Shown one piece after another: positions 7,452 to 17,502 of a stretch of DNA of 64,000 nucleotides. The DNA is taken from assembly GCF_003991155.1 (NCBI RefSeq), contig NZ_CP031297.1. The stretch is one strand, 5' to 3'. Origin of the DNA: Escherichia coli. GTDB taxonomy: Bacteria; Pseudomonadota; Gammaproteobacteria; Enterobacterales; Enterobacteriaceae. The notes under the pieces are model-generated. The model was not told the DNA's origin. It worked only from the letters and a program-made list of their open reading frames with translations, and searched no databases. Positions within the stretch are counted from its first letter, which is position 1; every line of letters begins with the position of its first letter. A program made the translations under genes and the position numbers.

Positions 7452-9644
7452 TCAATCCATAAAGTCCGACTTTTTGAAGGGCATAGTGCCTTTGCAATCG
7501 GGATACGCTGTGCAGCCCCAGAACTTAGAGGCTCGTTTCTTGCCAGGGGCTTTTCCTTTCCTGAGACGCATCGGGCTACCGCAATCTGGGCAGTCTGGAC
7601 AATCCTCCGCCGCGATACGTTTCTCGGGTTTCCCTCGGTTGTCTGGGAACGTCTTCTTGCAAGCCTCGTTCTGGCAGCCCCAGAAAAAACCGTTCTTCCC
7701 TTTGATCCGGTGCATCTCTCCACCGCAGTTGAAGCATTCGTGTGAAGGAGGCTTCGCGCCCTCGAAGGCTTTAGCCATCGCGCCACCTTCTTTGGTCAGA
7801 ACCGGTGCGGCCACTTTGAGCTGCTCAACCATTTGGCAGATCCAGGTGGAAATCTGCTTCATGAAGACAGACATGTTCCCGGAGCCGGAGGCAACTTTCT
7901 CAAGCTCCTGCTCCCAAGCCGCAGTCATGCCGGGTGATTTGATGGCTGGTGGAAGCACTGCTATAAGCGCATGAGCCTTATCAGTTGCAAGCAGTACCTT
8001 TTTCTGACGCTTGAAGTAGCCTTTATCAACAGCGCCCTGGATGATGCTTGCGCGTGTTGCTGGAGTGCCTAAACCGGCTGTGTCTTTGAGGATTTGTTTG
8101 AACTTCTCCTCAGTCACGAACCGGGCAATGTTCTCCATCGCGGCAAGCAATGTGGCTTCGGTGAAGTGCGGTGCTGGCCGCGTCATTTTGTTTGCCAGCT
8201 CGGCCCCATTCAGCAAGGCAGGTTCGCCCTGGCTAACCCTGGGGAGCTTCTCTTGTTCAACCGGCGCGTCGGTGTCTTCCCCCTCGTCCTTGGGACTGCT
8301 TTCACTATCAGAAGCAAACAAAACCTTCCAGCCTTGTTTGGTAGGTGTCTTACCAGCGGACGCAAAGAGGTGACGCCCACACTGCACCTCGATGGAGGTT
8401 TTGGTGAACTCGAACTCGCTGTAGAACTGCGCGATGTAGAAACGACGGATGGCGTCGTAAAGATTGAACTCGATCTCAGACATGGCACTGATGTCTGTTC
8501 TGGCCGGTGTTGGAATGATCGCGTGGTGCGCGGTCACTTTGGCGTCATTGAATACCCTGGCCTTGCGATGAGGATCTGCGCCAGCCACCAGCCCAGAGAC
8601 GTTCTGATCGGACAAAATGAGCGCCTGGAGAATGTCCGGAATGTCTTCCTTTTGGCTCTCGGGTAGATAACGACTGTCAGTACGAGGGTAGGTGGTCGCT
8701 TTGTGCGTCTCGTACAGAGCTTGAGCTGCATCCAGTACCTGCTGAGCTGTGTATCCCCATCGTTTGCTCGCGTATTGTTGCAGCGACGTTAGATCGAAGG
8801 GGAGGGGGGCTGACTCTTTACCTGGTTTGGTTTCTGCTTTGCTGATAACAGCATTGGCACCATTGACCTGGGAGGCTACCTGCTCGGCATAGGCCTTATT
8901 GACGCACCGGCCTTGCTCGTCACTGCACTCTTCTGGTGGTATCCATTGGGCGGCAAACTGTCCATTCTGTACGGACACGTTCACACCCAGAGTCCAGTAT
9001 GGTGAGGGGGTGAAACCGGCGATCTCTCGGTCCCGTTGACAAACAAGAGCGACGGTTGGGGTGATAACCCTGCCAACGTGAAGAGTGTGGTTGAAGCCGA
9101 CATCTCGGGCCAGCACTGTGTAGAGGCGGCTCACGTTCATGCCTACCAACCAGTCAGCGCGTTGCCGTGCCAATGCGGCGTAGTAGAGTGAGACCGTATC
9201 CTTGCCATCCTTTACGTTGTTCAGCGCTTTCTTGATGCTTGACTCATCGAGAGCCGTCAAACAAACTCGGCGAATAGGGCCAGAGTAGCGGAATCGATCC
9301 AGAAGCGAACGGGCGATAGCCTCACCTTCTCGGTCGTAGTCCGTTGAGATGTAGATGGTGCTCGCCTTTTTGACCAGTCCCTCAACAATTTTGTACTGTT
9401 TGAACGCACTCTTGCGAACGTTGTACCGCCATGACTCTGGTGCAATAGGGAGGGTCTCCAGTGACCATGACTTGTAGCGTTCGTCATAATCGTCTGGCAT
9501 ATACAATTCCAGCAGGTGGCCGAACGCCCACGTAATAACGCGGTTTCCTCCATCATGGAGAAATCCATCACCTCGTTGGGAGGCCTTCATTACGCCAGCC
9601 AAATCTTTTGCCTGAGAAGGCTTCTCGCAGATATAAAGGTCCAT
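7452..9644 (-). CDS. topB: DNA topoisomerase III with C-terminal zinc-ribbon repeats
   Basis: 730 aa; Toprim N-terminus (ISTDYDREGEAIA), type IA topoisomerase core, C-terminal CxxC clusters; GAGGAG SD. Confidence 0.95.
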   Translation of the reverse strand: MDLYICEKPSQAKDLAGVMKASQRGDGFLHDGGNRVITWAFGHLLELYMPDDYDERYKSWSLETLPIAPESWRYNVRKSAFKQYKIVEGLVKKASTIYISTDYDREGEAIARSLLDRFRYSGPIRRVCLTALDESSIKKALNNVKDGKDTVSLYYAALARQRADWLVGMNVSRLYTVLARDVGFNHTLHVGRVITPTVALVCQRDREIAGFTPSPYWTLGVNVSVQNGQFAAQWIPPEECSDEQGRCVNKAYAEQVASQVNGANAVISKAETKPGKESAPLPFDLTSLQQYASKRWGYTAQQVLDAAQALYETHKATTYPRTDSRYLPESQKEDIPDILQALILSDQNVSGLVAGADPHRKARVFNDAKVTAHHAIIPTPARTDISAMSEIEFNLYDAIRRFYIAQFYSEFEFTKTSIEVQCGRHLFASAGKTPTKQGWKVLFASDSESSPKDEGEDTDAPVEQEKLPRVSQGEPALLNGAELANKMTRPAPHFTEATLLAAMENIARFVTEEKFKQILKDTAGLGTPATRASIIQGAVDKGYFKRQKKVLLATDKAHALIAVLPPAIKSPGMTAAWEQELEKVASGSGNMSVFMKQISTWICQMVEQLKVAAPVLTKEGGAMAKAFEGAKPPSHECFNCGGEMHRIKGKNGFFWGCQNEACKKTFPDNRGKPEKRIAAEDCPDCPDCGSPMRLRKGKAPGKKRASKFWGCTAYPDCKGTMPFKKSDFMD

Positions 9645-9877
9645 TAAGCAGCTCCTCTCATCTTTGATTCCAGATTCGCCAGCTCAGTCCAGCTTTGAGC
9701 CAGACCTTTGACTTCGGGGTAGTCTCTGGAGAGGTTTTCGAGGACTCCAGAAATGACATAGGCCGCTTCGCTGGAATTACCCCTCGAACCGGCCTCCTGG
9801 AGCATGATTAATAAAGCGTCGAAGAGCTCAGCCTTACGGCCTAGCTCTGTCTGGTTTCTTATTTCAGAGCTTTGCAT
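9644..9877 (-). CDS. Small hypothetical protein, translationally coupled to topB (TAATG overlap)
   Basis: ORF 77 aa ending 1 nt into topB start. Confidence 0.5.
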   Translation of the reverse strand: MQSSEIRNQTELGRKAELFDALLIMLQEAGSRGNSSEAAYVISGVLENLSRDYPEVKGLAQSWTELANLESKMRGAA

Positions 9878-10476
9878 GGGTTCACCACTGAATAGGGACG
9901 CACGGACTCGCGCACAATGCGGCGATCTGCGTCAGTTACAGCCTGACTGGTGCAAAAGTGCGTCCAGGCATTCAGATAATCTTTATAGGTGTGGGTAGGT
10001 GGTATGCAGCCGGTTACAACGTCCTTGGGGATGTTTGTGGTTCCCTCGGCTTCCACAAAGCGCCAATCGTGCTCGTCCATACCTTTGCCACCATCGCAAT
10101 AGCGTTCCCAGCGTGACAACTCGTACAGCGAGTAGCCTTTGCCTTTATTCATGGACTTGAAGGTATTGATGGCTTCGTTGACATCCCCGTGCTGTTTGAT
10201 CCCTGCTGGAGTTTTATCTGAACCAGCGGAGTCATCTTTGACCTTGTTCATCGTTGCGCTGACATTACCGTCGCCCAGCACATGGATATAACCAGGTTGA
10301 CGTAATGCAGCACCACCGCGCCCCATGTTGTCCCATGCCATCGACAGTTCCCGGCTAACTCGGGCAGGTTTGTCATTTTCGGCAGGGGCAGTCTGGGGCT
10401 GAGGCTTTTGCTCGGGGGCGTTAGAGGCACACCCGGCCAGAATTGCCACTCCCAGAATTGCTATCAGTTGTCTCAT
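9859..10476 (-). CDS. Lipoprotein (MRQLIAILGVAILAGCASN lipobox)
   Basis: ATG at 10476 (residue 55 of ORF 9859..10638); lipobox LAGC. Confidence 0.75.
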   Translation of the reverse strand: MRQLIAILGVAILAGCASNAPEQKPQPQTAPAENDKPARVSRELSMAWDNMGRGGAALRQPGYIHVLGDGNVSATMNKVKDDSAGSDKTPAGIKQHGDVNEAINTFKSMNKGKGYSLYELSRWERYCDGGKGMDEHDWRFVEAEGTTNIPKDVVTGCIPPTHTYKDYLNAWTHFCTSQAVTDADRRIVRESVRPYSVVNPCKALK

Positions 10477-10599
10477 CGTGTCGTTCCTCATAAAAAATTG
10501 TCGATGAGCCCATTCTAAAAGGGGGGGGATGGAAAGCTGGTTTCTCAAACTGCCCAAATTGGACAGATAGGCGTGTGTGCGATCTAAAGGTGTTTTGAG

Positions 10600-10648
10600 A
10601 GCATGTAGCGACGAGAAATACGATAGGAATATGGTCAACCTACATGCT
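10600..10648. promoter_or_regulatory. 9-bp inverted repeat AGCATGTAG / CTACATGCT spanning the relaxase start codon
   Basis: Arms at 10600-10608 and 10640-10648 in the divergent intergenic region. Confidence 0.3.
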
Positions 10649-13616
10649 GAAAGCCCTTAACAAGTTATTTGGTGGGCGAAGTGGAGTGATCGAGACCGCG
10701 CCGAGCGTCAGAGTGTTGCCGCTTAAAGACGTGGAAGATGAAGAAATCCCTCGATACCCACCTTTTGCCAAGGGCCTGCCAGTGGCCCCACTAGACAAGA
10801 TACTGGCAACCCAAGCTGAACTGATTGAGAAAGTGCGGAACTCTCTCGGTTTCACTGTGGACGACTTCAACCGGCTTGTTTTGCCGGTGATCCAGCGGTA
10901 TGCCGCGTTTGTTCACCTGTTGCCAGCTTCCGAATCACACCACCACCGTGGCGCTGGTGGTCTGTTCCGACATGGGCTTGAAGTGGCCTTCTGGGCAGCT
11001 CAGGCATCTGAGTCAGTTATCTTTTCCATCGAGGGGACGCCTCGTGAACGCCGTGACAATGAGCCGCGTTGGAGACTGGCGAGCTGTTTCTCCGGGCTGC
11101 TGCATGATGTGGGTAAACCGCTCTCGGATGTGTCCATTACGGACAAAGACGGGTCAATCACATGGAACCCGTATTCGGAGTCACTTCATGACTGGGCACA
11201 CCGTCACGAAATCGACCGTTACTTTATCCGGTGGCGCGACAAGCGACACAAAAGACATGAGCAATTCTCGCTGCTGGCGGTGGATCGAATTATTCCGGCT
11301 GAGACTCGGGAGTTTCTGTCCAAGTCTGGCCCGTCCATCATGGAAGCGATGCTGGAAGCTATCTCAGGAACCAGCGTCAATCAGCCTGTGACCAAGCTGA
11401 TGCTTCGCGCTGACCAAGAGAGCGTCTCACGGGACCTTCGCCAGAGTCGTCTCGATGTGGACGAGTTCTCCTATGGTGTGCCTGTCGAGCGGTACGTGTT
11501 CGATGCCATCCGCCGCCTGGTTAAAACCGGAAAATGGAAGGTCAATGAGCCAGGCGCGAAAGTCTGGCACCTCAACCAAGGTGTATTCATTGCCTGGAAA
11601 CAGCTTGGGGACCTTTATGACTTGATCAGCCACGACAAGATCCCCGGTATTCCACGAGACCCTGACACACTGGCCGACATTCTCATCGAACGTGGTTTTG
11701 CTGTACCAAACACGGTGCAGGAGAAGGGTGAACGTGCGTACTACCGCTACTGGGAAGTTTTGCCTGAGATGCTCCAGGAGGCGGCGGGATCGGTGAAGAT
11801 CTTGATGCTCCGACTCGAATCAAACGACCTGGTGTTTACGACTGAGCCTCCTGCGGCTGTTGCTGCGGAAGTTGTTGGTGATGTTGAGGACGCTGAGATT
11901 GAGTTCGTTGATCCTGAGGAAGTCGATGACGACCAAGAGGAAGATGTGTCAGCTCTGAACGATGACATGTTGGCCGCAGAGCAGGAAGCAGAGAAAGCTC
12001 TAGCTGGTCTTGGCTTTGGTGATGCGATGGAGATGCTGAAAAGCACCTCAGATGCTGTCGAGGAGAAACCAGAGCAAAAAGATGCTGGATCAACGGAATC
12101 ATCTAAGCCTGACGCTGGCAAGAAGGGTAAGCCGCAGAGCAAACCGGGCAAAGCAAAACCGAAGAGTGATACAGAGAAACAACCCCACAAACCAGAGGCA
12201 AAAGAGGATTTGTCCCCTCAGGACATTGCCAAAAACGCACCACCTTTGGCAAACGACAATCCGTTACAAGCACTCAAGGATGTTGGGGGTGGACTGGGGG
12301 ACATCGACTTTCCGTTTGACGCATTCAGCGCATCGGCAGAGACAGCCAGCACTGACGCAACAAACTCAGAAATCCCAGATGTGGCAATGCCCGGAAAGCA
12401 AGAGAAGCAGCCAAAACAGGACTTCGTTCCACAAGAACAAAACTCCCTGCAGGGCGATGACTTTCCAATGTTCGGTAGTTCTGATGAACCGCCATCATGG
12501 GCGATTGAGCCGCTCCCTATGCTGACTGACGCACCAGAACAAACAACACCAGCGCCAGCAATGCCACCTACGGACAAACCTAATCTGCATGAGAAAGACG
12601 CAAAGACCTTACTCGTTGAGATGTTAGCCGGGTACGGAGAAGCATCGGCGTTGCTTGAACAAGCGATCATGCCTGTTTTGGAAGGTAAAACGACGCTGGG
12701 CGAAGTCCTATGCCTGATGAAGGGTCAAGCCGTCATTTTGTACCCGGATGGCGCTCGGTCGCTGGGTGCGCCGTCAGAGGTTCTCTCGAAGCTGTCCCAC
12801 GCCAACGCGATTGTTCCAGACCCGATTATGCCAGGTCGCAAAGTTCGTGATTTCAGCGGAGTGAAGGCAATTGTACTGGCGGAGCAGCTTTCAGATGCAG
12901 TCGTAGCGGCCATTAAGGATGCCGAGGCGTCAATGGGGGGATACCAGGATGCCTTTGAGCTCGTCTCTCCCCCTGGCTTGGATGCAAGCAAGAATAAGTC
13001 TGCACCGAAACAACAAAGCCGAAAAAAGGCGCAGCAGCAGAAGCCTGAGGTTAACGCCGGTAAACCCTCGCCTGAACAAAAGGCGAAAGGTAAGGACTCC
13101 CAGCCACAGCAGAAGGAGAAGAAGGTCGATGTTACTTCTCCGGTTGAAGAGCCGCAGCGCCAGCCGGTCCAAGAAAAACAGAACGTGGCTCGCCTTCCTA
13201 AGCGGGAGGTTCAACCAGTGGCTCCTGAGCCCAAAGTTGAGCGTGAGAAGGAATTGGGACACGTCGAGGTGCGAGAAAGGGAAGAGCCAGAGGTTAGGGA
13301 GTTTGAGCCGCCTAAGGCGAAAACAAACCCGAAAGACATCAACGCGGAAGATTTCTTGCCGTCTGGTGTTACGCCTCAGAAAGCACTCCAGATGCTCAAG
13401 GACATGATCCAAAAACGCTCGGGCAGATGGCTCGTGACACCTGTCCTGGAAGAGGATGGCTGCTTAGTAACCAGTGACAAAGCCTTCGACATGATTGCCG
13501 GTGAAAACATCGGCATCAGCAAACACATCCTCTGCGGGATGCTGAGCCGGGCACAGAGACGGCCTTTGCTCAAGAAACGTCAGGGAAAACTGTATTTAGA
13601 GGTAAATGAAACATGA
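10644..13616 (+). CDS. traI: Conjugative relaxase with HD-type metal-binding motif (MOBH-like), long acidic/Lys-Pro-rich low-complexity middle region
   Basis: 990 aa; SESHHHRGAGGLFRHGLEVAFWAAQ motif; immediately upstream of and overlapping the coupling-protein gene. Confidence 0.85.
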   Translation: MLKALNKLFGGRSGVIETAPSVRVLPLKDVEDEEIPRYPPFAKGLPVAPLDKILATQAELIEKVRNSLGFTVDDFNRLVLPVIQRYAAFVHLLPASESHHHRGAGGLFRHGLEVAFWAAQASESVIFSIEGTPRERRDNEPRWRLASCFSGLLHDVGKPLSDVSITDKDGSITWNPYSESLHDWAHRHEIDRYFIRWRDKRHKRHEQFSLLAVDRIIPAETREFLSKSGPSIMEAMLEAISGTSVNQPVTKLMLRADQESVSRDLRQSRLDVDEFSYGVPVERYVFDAIRRLVKTGKWKVNEPGAKVWHLNQGVFIAWKQLGDLYDLISHDKIPGIPRDPDTLADILIERGFAVPNTVQEKGERAYYRYWEVLPEMLQEAAGSVKILMLRLESNDLVFTTEPPAAVAAEVVGDVEDAEIEFVDPEEVDDDQEEDVSALNDDMLAAEQEAEKALAGLGFGDAMEMLKSTSDAVEEKPEQKDAGSTESSKPDAGKKGKPQSKPGKAKPKSDTEKQPHKPEAKEDLSPQDIAKNAPPLANDNPLQALKDVGGGLGDIDFPFDAFSASAETASTDATNSEIPDVAMPGKQEKQPKQDFVPQEQNSLQGDDFPMFGSSDEPPSWAIEPLPMLTDAPEQTTPAPAMPPTDKPNLHEKDAKTLLVEMLAGYGEASALLEQAIMPVLEGKTTLGEVLCLMKGQAVILYPDGARSLGAPSEVLSKLSHANAIVPDPIMPGRKVRDFSGVKAIVLAEQLSDAVVAAIKDAEASMGGYQDAFELVSPPGLDASKNKSAPKQQSRKKAQQQKPEVNAGKPSPEQKAKGKDSQPQQKEKKVDVTSPVEEPQRQPVQEKQNVARLPKREVQPVAPEPKVEREKELGHVEVREREEPEVREFEPPKAKTNPKDINAEDFLPSGVTPQKALQMLKDMIQKRSGRWLVTPVLEEDGCLVTSDKAFDMIAGENIGISKHILCGMLSRAQRRPLLKKRQGKLYLEVNET

Positions 13617-15478
13617 CAATGAGTTATGACCCGCTCGCCTACGAGATGCCGTGGCGGCCCAACTATGAAAAAAATGCTGTAGCAGGCTGGCTTGCCGCCT
13701 CCGGCGCGGCTTTGGCCGTAGAGCAAGTCAGCACGATGCCTCCGGAGCCCTTCTATTGGATGACGGGGATCTGTGGCGTGATGGCGATGGCTCGTTTGCC
13801 AAAGGCTATCAAACTTCACCTGCTCCAAAAGCATTTGAAGGGGCGTGATCTGGAGTTTATTTCTATTGCGGAGCTCCAAAAGTACATCAAGGACACGCCG
13901 GACGATATGTGGCTTGGTAGTGGGTTCCTGTGGGAAAACCGCCATGCCCAGCGCGTGTTTGAGATCCTGAAACGCGACTGGACTTCCATCGTAGGGAGAG
14001 AGTCCACGGTCAAAAAGGTTGTCCGGAAGATACAGGGTAAGAAAAAGGAGCTGCCAATCGGCCAGCCCTGGATTCACGGGGTAGAACCCAAAGAAGAGAA
14101 GCTGATGCAGCCACTCAAGCACACTGAGGGGCATTCGCTGATCGTTGGGACCACCGGCTCGGGCAAGACCCGTATGTTCGACATCCTGATTTCACAGGCC
14201 ATTCTGCGTGGGGAAGCCGTGATCATCATAGACCCGAAAGGGGATAAGGAGATGCGGGACAATGCACGACGTGCCTGTGAAGCTATGGGGCAGCCGGAAA
14301 GATTCGTCTCATTTCATCCAGCATTCCCGGAAGAGTCGGTGCGTATCGACCCTCTGCGTAACTTCACCCGCGTGACTGAAATTGCAAGTCGTTTGGCAGC
14401 GTTGATCCCGTCCGAAGCAGGGGCCGACCCGTTCAAATCATTTGGATGGCAGGCACTGAACAACATCGCTCAGGGCTTGGTCATCACTCATGATCGTCCC
14501 AACCTGACAAAGCTCCGCCGATTCCTTGAAGGTGGCGCTGCTGGCTTGGTCATCAAGGCCGTTCAGGCTTACTCAGAGCGAGTTATGCCCGACTGGGAGG
14601 CAGAAGCAGCGGCTTATTTGGAGAAAGTCAAAAACGGTTCGCGTGAGAAGATCGCTTTCGCGTTGATGAAGTTCTACTACGACATCATCCAACCTGAGCA
14701 CCCAAACTCTGATCTGGAAGGCTTGCTGTCGATGTTCCAGCACGACCAAACCCACTTCTCCAAGATGGTGGCGAACCTCCTGCCGATCATGAATATGCTG
14801 ACGTCCGGGGAGCTAGGCCCTCTGCTGTCTCCAGACTCATCTGATCTGAGCGACGAACGCCAGATCACTGATTCCGCAAAAATCATCAACAACGCTCAAG
14901 TTGCTTATCTGGGGCTCGACTCCCTGACCGACAACATGGTTGGTAGTGCTATGGGGTCCATCTTCCTGTCAGACCTGACAGCGGTTGCCGGTGACAGATA
15001 CAACTACGGCGTCAACAACAGACCCGTAAATATCTTTGTTGATGAGGCTGCTGAGGTGATCAACGACCCGTTCATCCAGCTCCTGAACAAAGGTCGCGGT
15101 GCGAAACTTCGTCTTTTCGTTGCAACTCAGACTTTTGCTGACTTCGCAGCTCGACTGGGTAGCAAAGACAAAGCGCTCCAAGTGTTGGGGAACATCAACA
15201 ACACGTTTGCTCTGCGTATCGTCGATGGTGAAACACAGGAGTATATCGCAGATAACTTGCCGAAGACCCGGCTCAAGTACGTCATGCGGACTCAAGGCCA
15301 GAACTCGGATGGCAAGGAGCCCATTATGCACGGAGGCAACCAAGGCGAGCGTTTGATGGAGGAGGAAGCTGATCTGTTCCCAGCCCAGTTATTGGGAATG
15401 CTTCCGAACCTGGAATACATAGCCAAAATTTCAGGCGGAACAATCGTAAAAGGCCGTCTGCCCATATTGACCCAGTAA
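13613..15478 (+). CDS. traD: Type IV coupling protein (TraD/VirD4 family)
   Basis: 621 aa; N-terminal TM segments; Walker A GTTGSGKT; Walker B IFVDEAAE; ATGA overlap with relaxase. Confidence 0.9.
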   Translation: MTMSYDPLAYEMPWRPNYEKNAVAGWLAASGAALAVEQVSTMPPEPFYWMTGICGVMAMARLPKAIKLHLLQKHLKGRDLEFISIAELQKYIKDTPDDMWLGSGFLWENRHAQRVFEILKRDWTSIVGRESTVKKVVRKIQGKKKELPIGQPWIHGVEPKEEKLMQPLKHTEGHSLIVGTTGSGKTRMFDILISQAILRGEAVIIIDPKGDKEMRDNARRACEAMGQPERFVSFHPAFPEESVRIDPLRNFTRVTEIASRLAALIPSEAGADPFKSFGWQALNNIAQGLVITHDRPNLTKLRRFLEGGAAGLVIKAVQAYSERVMPDWEAEAAAYLEKVKNGSREKIAFALMKFYYDIIQPEHPNSDLEGLLSMFQHDQTHFSKMVANLLPIMNMLTSGELGPLLSPDSSDLSDERQITDSAKIINNAQVAYLGLDSLTDNMVGSAMGSIFLSDLTAVAGDRYNYGVNNRPVNIFVDEAAEVINDPFIQLLNKGRGAKLRLFVATQTFADFAARLGSKDKALQVLGNINNTFALRIVDGETQEYIADNLPKTRLKYVMRTQGQNSDGKEPIMHGGNQGERLMEEEADLFPAQLLGMLPNLEYIAKISGGTIVKGRLPILTQ

Positions 15479-15527
15479 GAGCAGAGCTATGTGTGACAAG
15501 AAGTATAGAAATTACGAGGTAGCCATC

Positions 15528-16073
15528 ATGGTCGATGTGAACCCTTTCGACAGGGTTATGAATGAATTGAAAAGTCGTGGCCGCAAGAACGCTCACATCC
15601 TGAGCATCCTCCAATTCGACTGGCCTGCATCGGAGGCCATCATCGAGAAGCTGAGCTGCTACATCACAGACGGGATTAAGGCTAATCAGGAGCCTGTGAT
15701 TTACCCGATCATTGAAGAAGCTCTGCATCGCTACAGCCAGCTCGTGTTTCATGAGCAGAGAGAGAAATATGAAGACCCGGCCAGAATTGGGGCATTTCTG
15801 GAAACCCTGATCACCGAAACCTGCCGGGCGTTGGAAGTGCAAATTGTCGATAGTGGCGGTGATTCATGGTCTGTCGATTCAGGAGAGTCGTTCTCACTGT
15901 GGCTTTCTTCCCATCCAGGAGAACTATCCATTAACCCGCAGCCCCATGAGGATGAGACCTCTTTGCGTGGCTTGCTGTATGAGCTCATCACCTGTGAGAG
16001 CGTGAAAACTGTTTTAAGGAGAACCGACTATGAAGAAGCCGTGGTTGCTGGTCGCATGGCTGCTGGTTATTGA
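15528..16073 (+). CDS. Conserved transfer-region protein, unknown function
   Basis: ATG at 15528 with GAGGT SD; in-frame part of ORF 15489..16073. Confidence 0.7.
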   Translation: MVDVNPFDRVMNELKSRGRKNAHILSILQFDWPASEAIIEKLSCYITDGIKANQEPVIYPIIEEALHRYSQLVFHEQREKYEDPARIGAFLETLITETCRALEVQIVDSGGDSWSVDSGESFSLWLSSHPGELSINPQPHEDETSLRGLLYELITCESVKTVLRRTDYEEAVVAGRMAAGY

Positions 16074-16659
16074 GTTGCTGGCAATATTGCTGCTGATCCC
16101 TGGCGACTGGACAGACAGAGCCATCAAAAGGGAATCCGAGCTGGTGGAACAGAGTCTTGGTGTCGAAGCAAGAGACTGGATACAGAACAAAGCATCTACC
16201 TGGTTCAGGTCGAGCGTTATTGATTCAGGATTCTATGAGGGGATGTACCAAACGCTGATCCCATCAGAAGAGGAGCGCCAGAAGTCCAAGGGGATGCAGG
16301 ACATGGGCAAGGGCTGGTTTGTGTGGGTCAAAGGCCGCATGGAAGCCTTTGTCAACGTCATTTACCAGTTCTACACAAGGTTGGCACTGTTAGCCGCGTG
16401 GGCTCCCTATATGCTGATCCTGTTCGTACCTGCGGTATATGACGGGATGATGACATGGCGAATTAAGCGGACCAACTTCGATTATGCGAGTCCGGTTCTC
16501 CATCGTTACAGCGTTCGCGGAACGATGTACCTGATGGCCGGATTGTTCATCGCGTTCTTCATCCCCATAGCGCTCGATCCGGTTGTCATCCCGATGACAA
16601 TGATGACGTGCTGTGTCCTGGTTGGCCTGACGTTCGGCAACCTCCAGAAACGGGTATAG
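16030..16659 (+). CDS. Integral membrane protein of the transfer cluster
   Basis: AAGGAG SD; several hydrophobic segments. Confidence 0.8.
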   Translation: MKKPWLLVAWLLVIELLAILLLIPGDWTDRAIKRESELVEQSLGVEARDWIQNKASTWFRSSVIDSGFYEGMYQTLIPSEEERQKSKGMQDMGKGWFVWVKGRMEAFVNVIYQFYTRLALLAAWAPYMLILFVPAVYDGMMTWRIKRTNFDYASPVLHRYSVRGTMYLMAGLFIAFFIPIALDPVVIPMTMMTCCVLVGLTFGNLQKRV

Positions 16660-16668
16660 GGAGGGAGG

Positions 16669-17115
16669 ATGAGCTACTCCGTTATAAATCAAGATGGGGT
16701 GCATCTGTGCGACATCCCATTGAACGTCTACCAGGTGATACGTCGCCAATCCTTGTCTGCGTTGTGGCTTTACTGGGCGCAGAGCTTGAATTTGGTGAAG
16801 GTGCTCATTGCTTGCGTCGGAAAGATGATCTTTGTGATGCCGGTAATGTGGTTCTGGGTGCTGGTGGTGTGCCGCTTGGTTGAACCAGAACGTATCTCAG
16901 ACGTGTCAGGACTTATCTCTCCGGACGTGATCGGGTGGGCCGCTGGTGCGGCCATCACCCTCATTATCTTTTCCGTATTTACACGCCCAGCGTTGTACGG
17001 ATACCACAACTTTTTCAAGCAGCATATTTGCTCAAGAGTAAAGCAAGTAACGCCGGAACTCAGAACAGTCACTGGGCCACTGTTCTTTTACCGAAACGAA
17101 ATTGGAACGATATAG
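16669..17115 (+). CDS. Integral membrane protein of the transfer cluster
   Basis: GGGAGGGAGG SD; hydrophobic segments. Confidence 0.8.
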   Translation: MSYSVINQDGVHLCDIPLNVYQVIRRQSLSALWLYWAQSLNLVKVLIACVGKMIFVMPVMWFWVLVVCRLVEPERISDVSGLISPDVIGWAAGAAITLIIFSVFTRPALYGYHNFFKQHICSRVKQVTPELRTVTGPLFFYRNEIGTI

Positions 17116-17124
17116 AGAGGAACC

Positions 17125-17502
17125 ATGAAAGTAACTAATAGACTCCAACTGCTGGCACTGGGGCTGTGTATAGCCGGTACTGCCATCGCGGCTCCTGATG
17201 TGCTCAATGACGACGCAAAGCTCAAGAACCTTGAGAAGGTGTGTCCCGACTGTCAGATGGTGGCAAAAGATGTACTCAATCTGCGGGTTGAAAACTGCCA
17301 GCTCAAAGACACTTCCAGTGCAATGATGATTGGCACCATGCAAAATGACCCTATGTTTTCGTTTATGCTGGCTGTACACACAGCGGCAGGCTCGGAGGCA
17401 TACAAAACGGTAGTTGGTGCCGCTGGCAACCATGTTGACTGTGAAAACCCGTTGAACTGGATCAAGCTGACCCAGCAAGCGATTAAAGGTGGCAAAGTCT
17501 AA
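17125..17502 (+). CDS. Small secreted protein (signal peptide MKVTNRLQLLALGLCIAGTAIA)
   Basis: GAGAGGAA SD; signal peptide. Confidence 0.8.
   Translation: MKVTNRLQLLALGLCIAGTAIAAPDVLNDDAKLKNLEKVCPDCQMVAKDVLNLRVENCQLKDTSSAMMIGTMQNDPMFSFMLAVHTAAGSEAYKTVVGAAGNHVDCENPLNWIKLTQQAIKGGKV

Noticed and set aside
7244-7786. 180-aa minus-strand ORF overlapping the 3' end of topB
   Set aside because: Out-of-frame overlap with the topB zinc-ribbon region; Arg/Ser-rich product; the in-frame topB reading gives conserved CxxC clusters.
8094-8666. 190-aa plus-strand ORF antisense to topB
   Set aside because: Fully contained within the well-supported topoisomerase III gene on the opposite strand; no SD.
11747-13412. 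Several ORFs on both strands inside the relaxase gene (11747..12190, 12052..12525, 12218..12670, 12919..13407, 12930..13412)
   Set aside because: They arise from the repetitive Lys/Glu/Pro/Gln-rich low-complexity segment of the relaxase; products are Ser/Arg/Leu-rich and lack translation signals.
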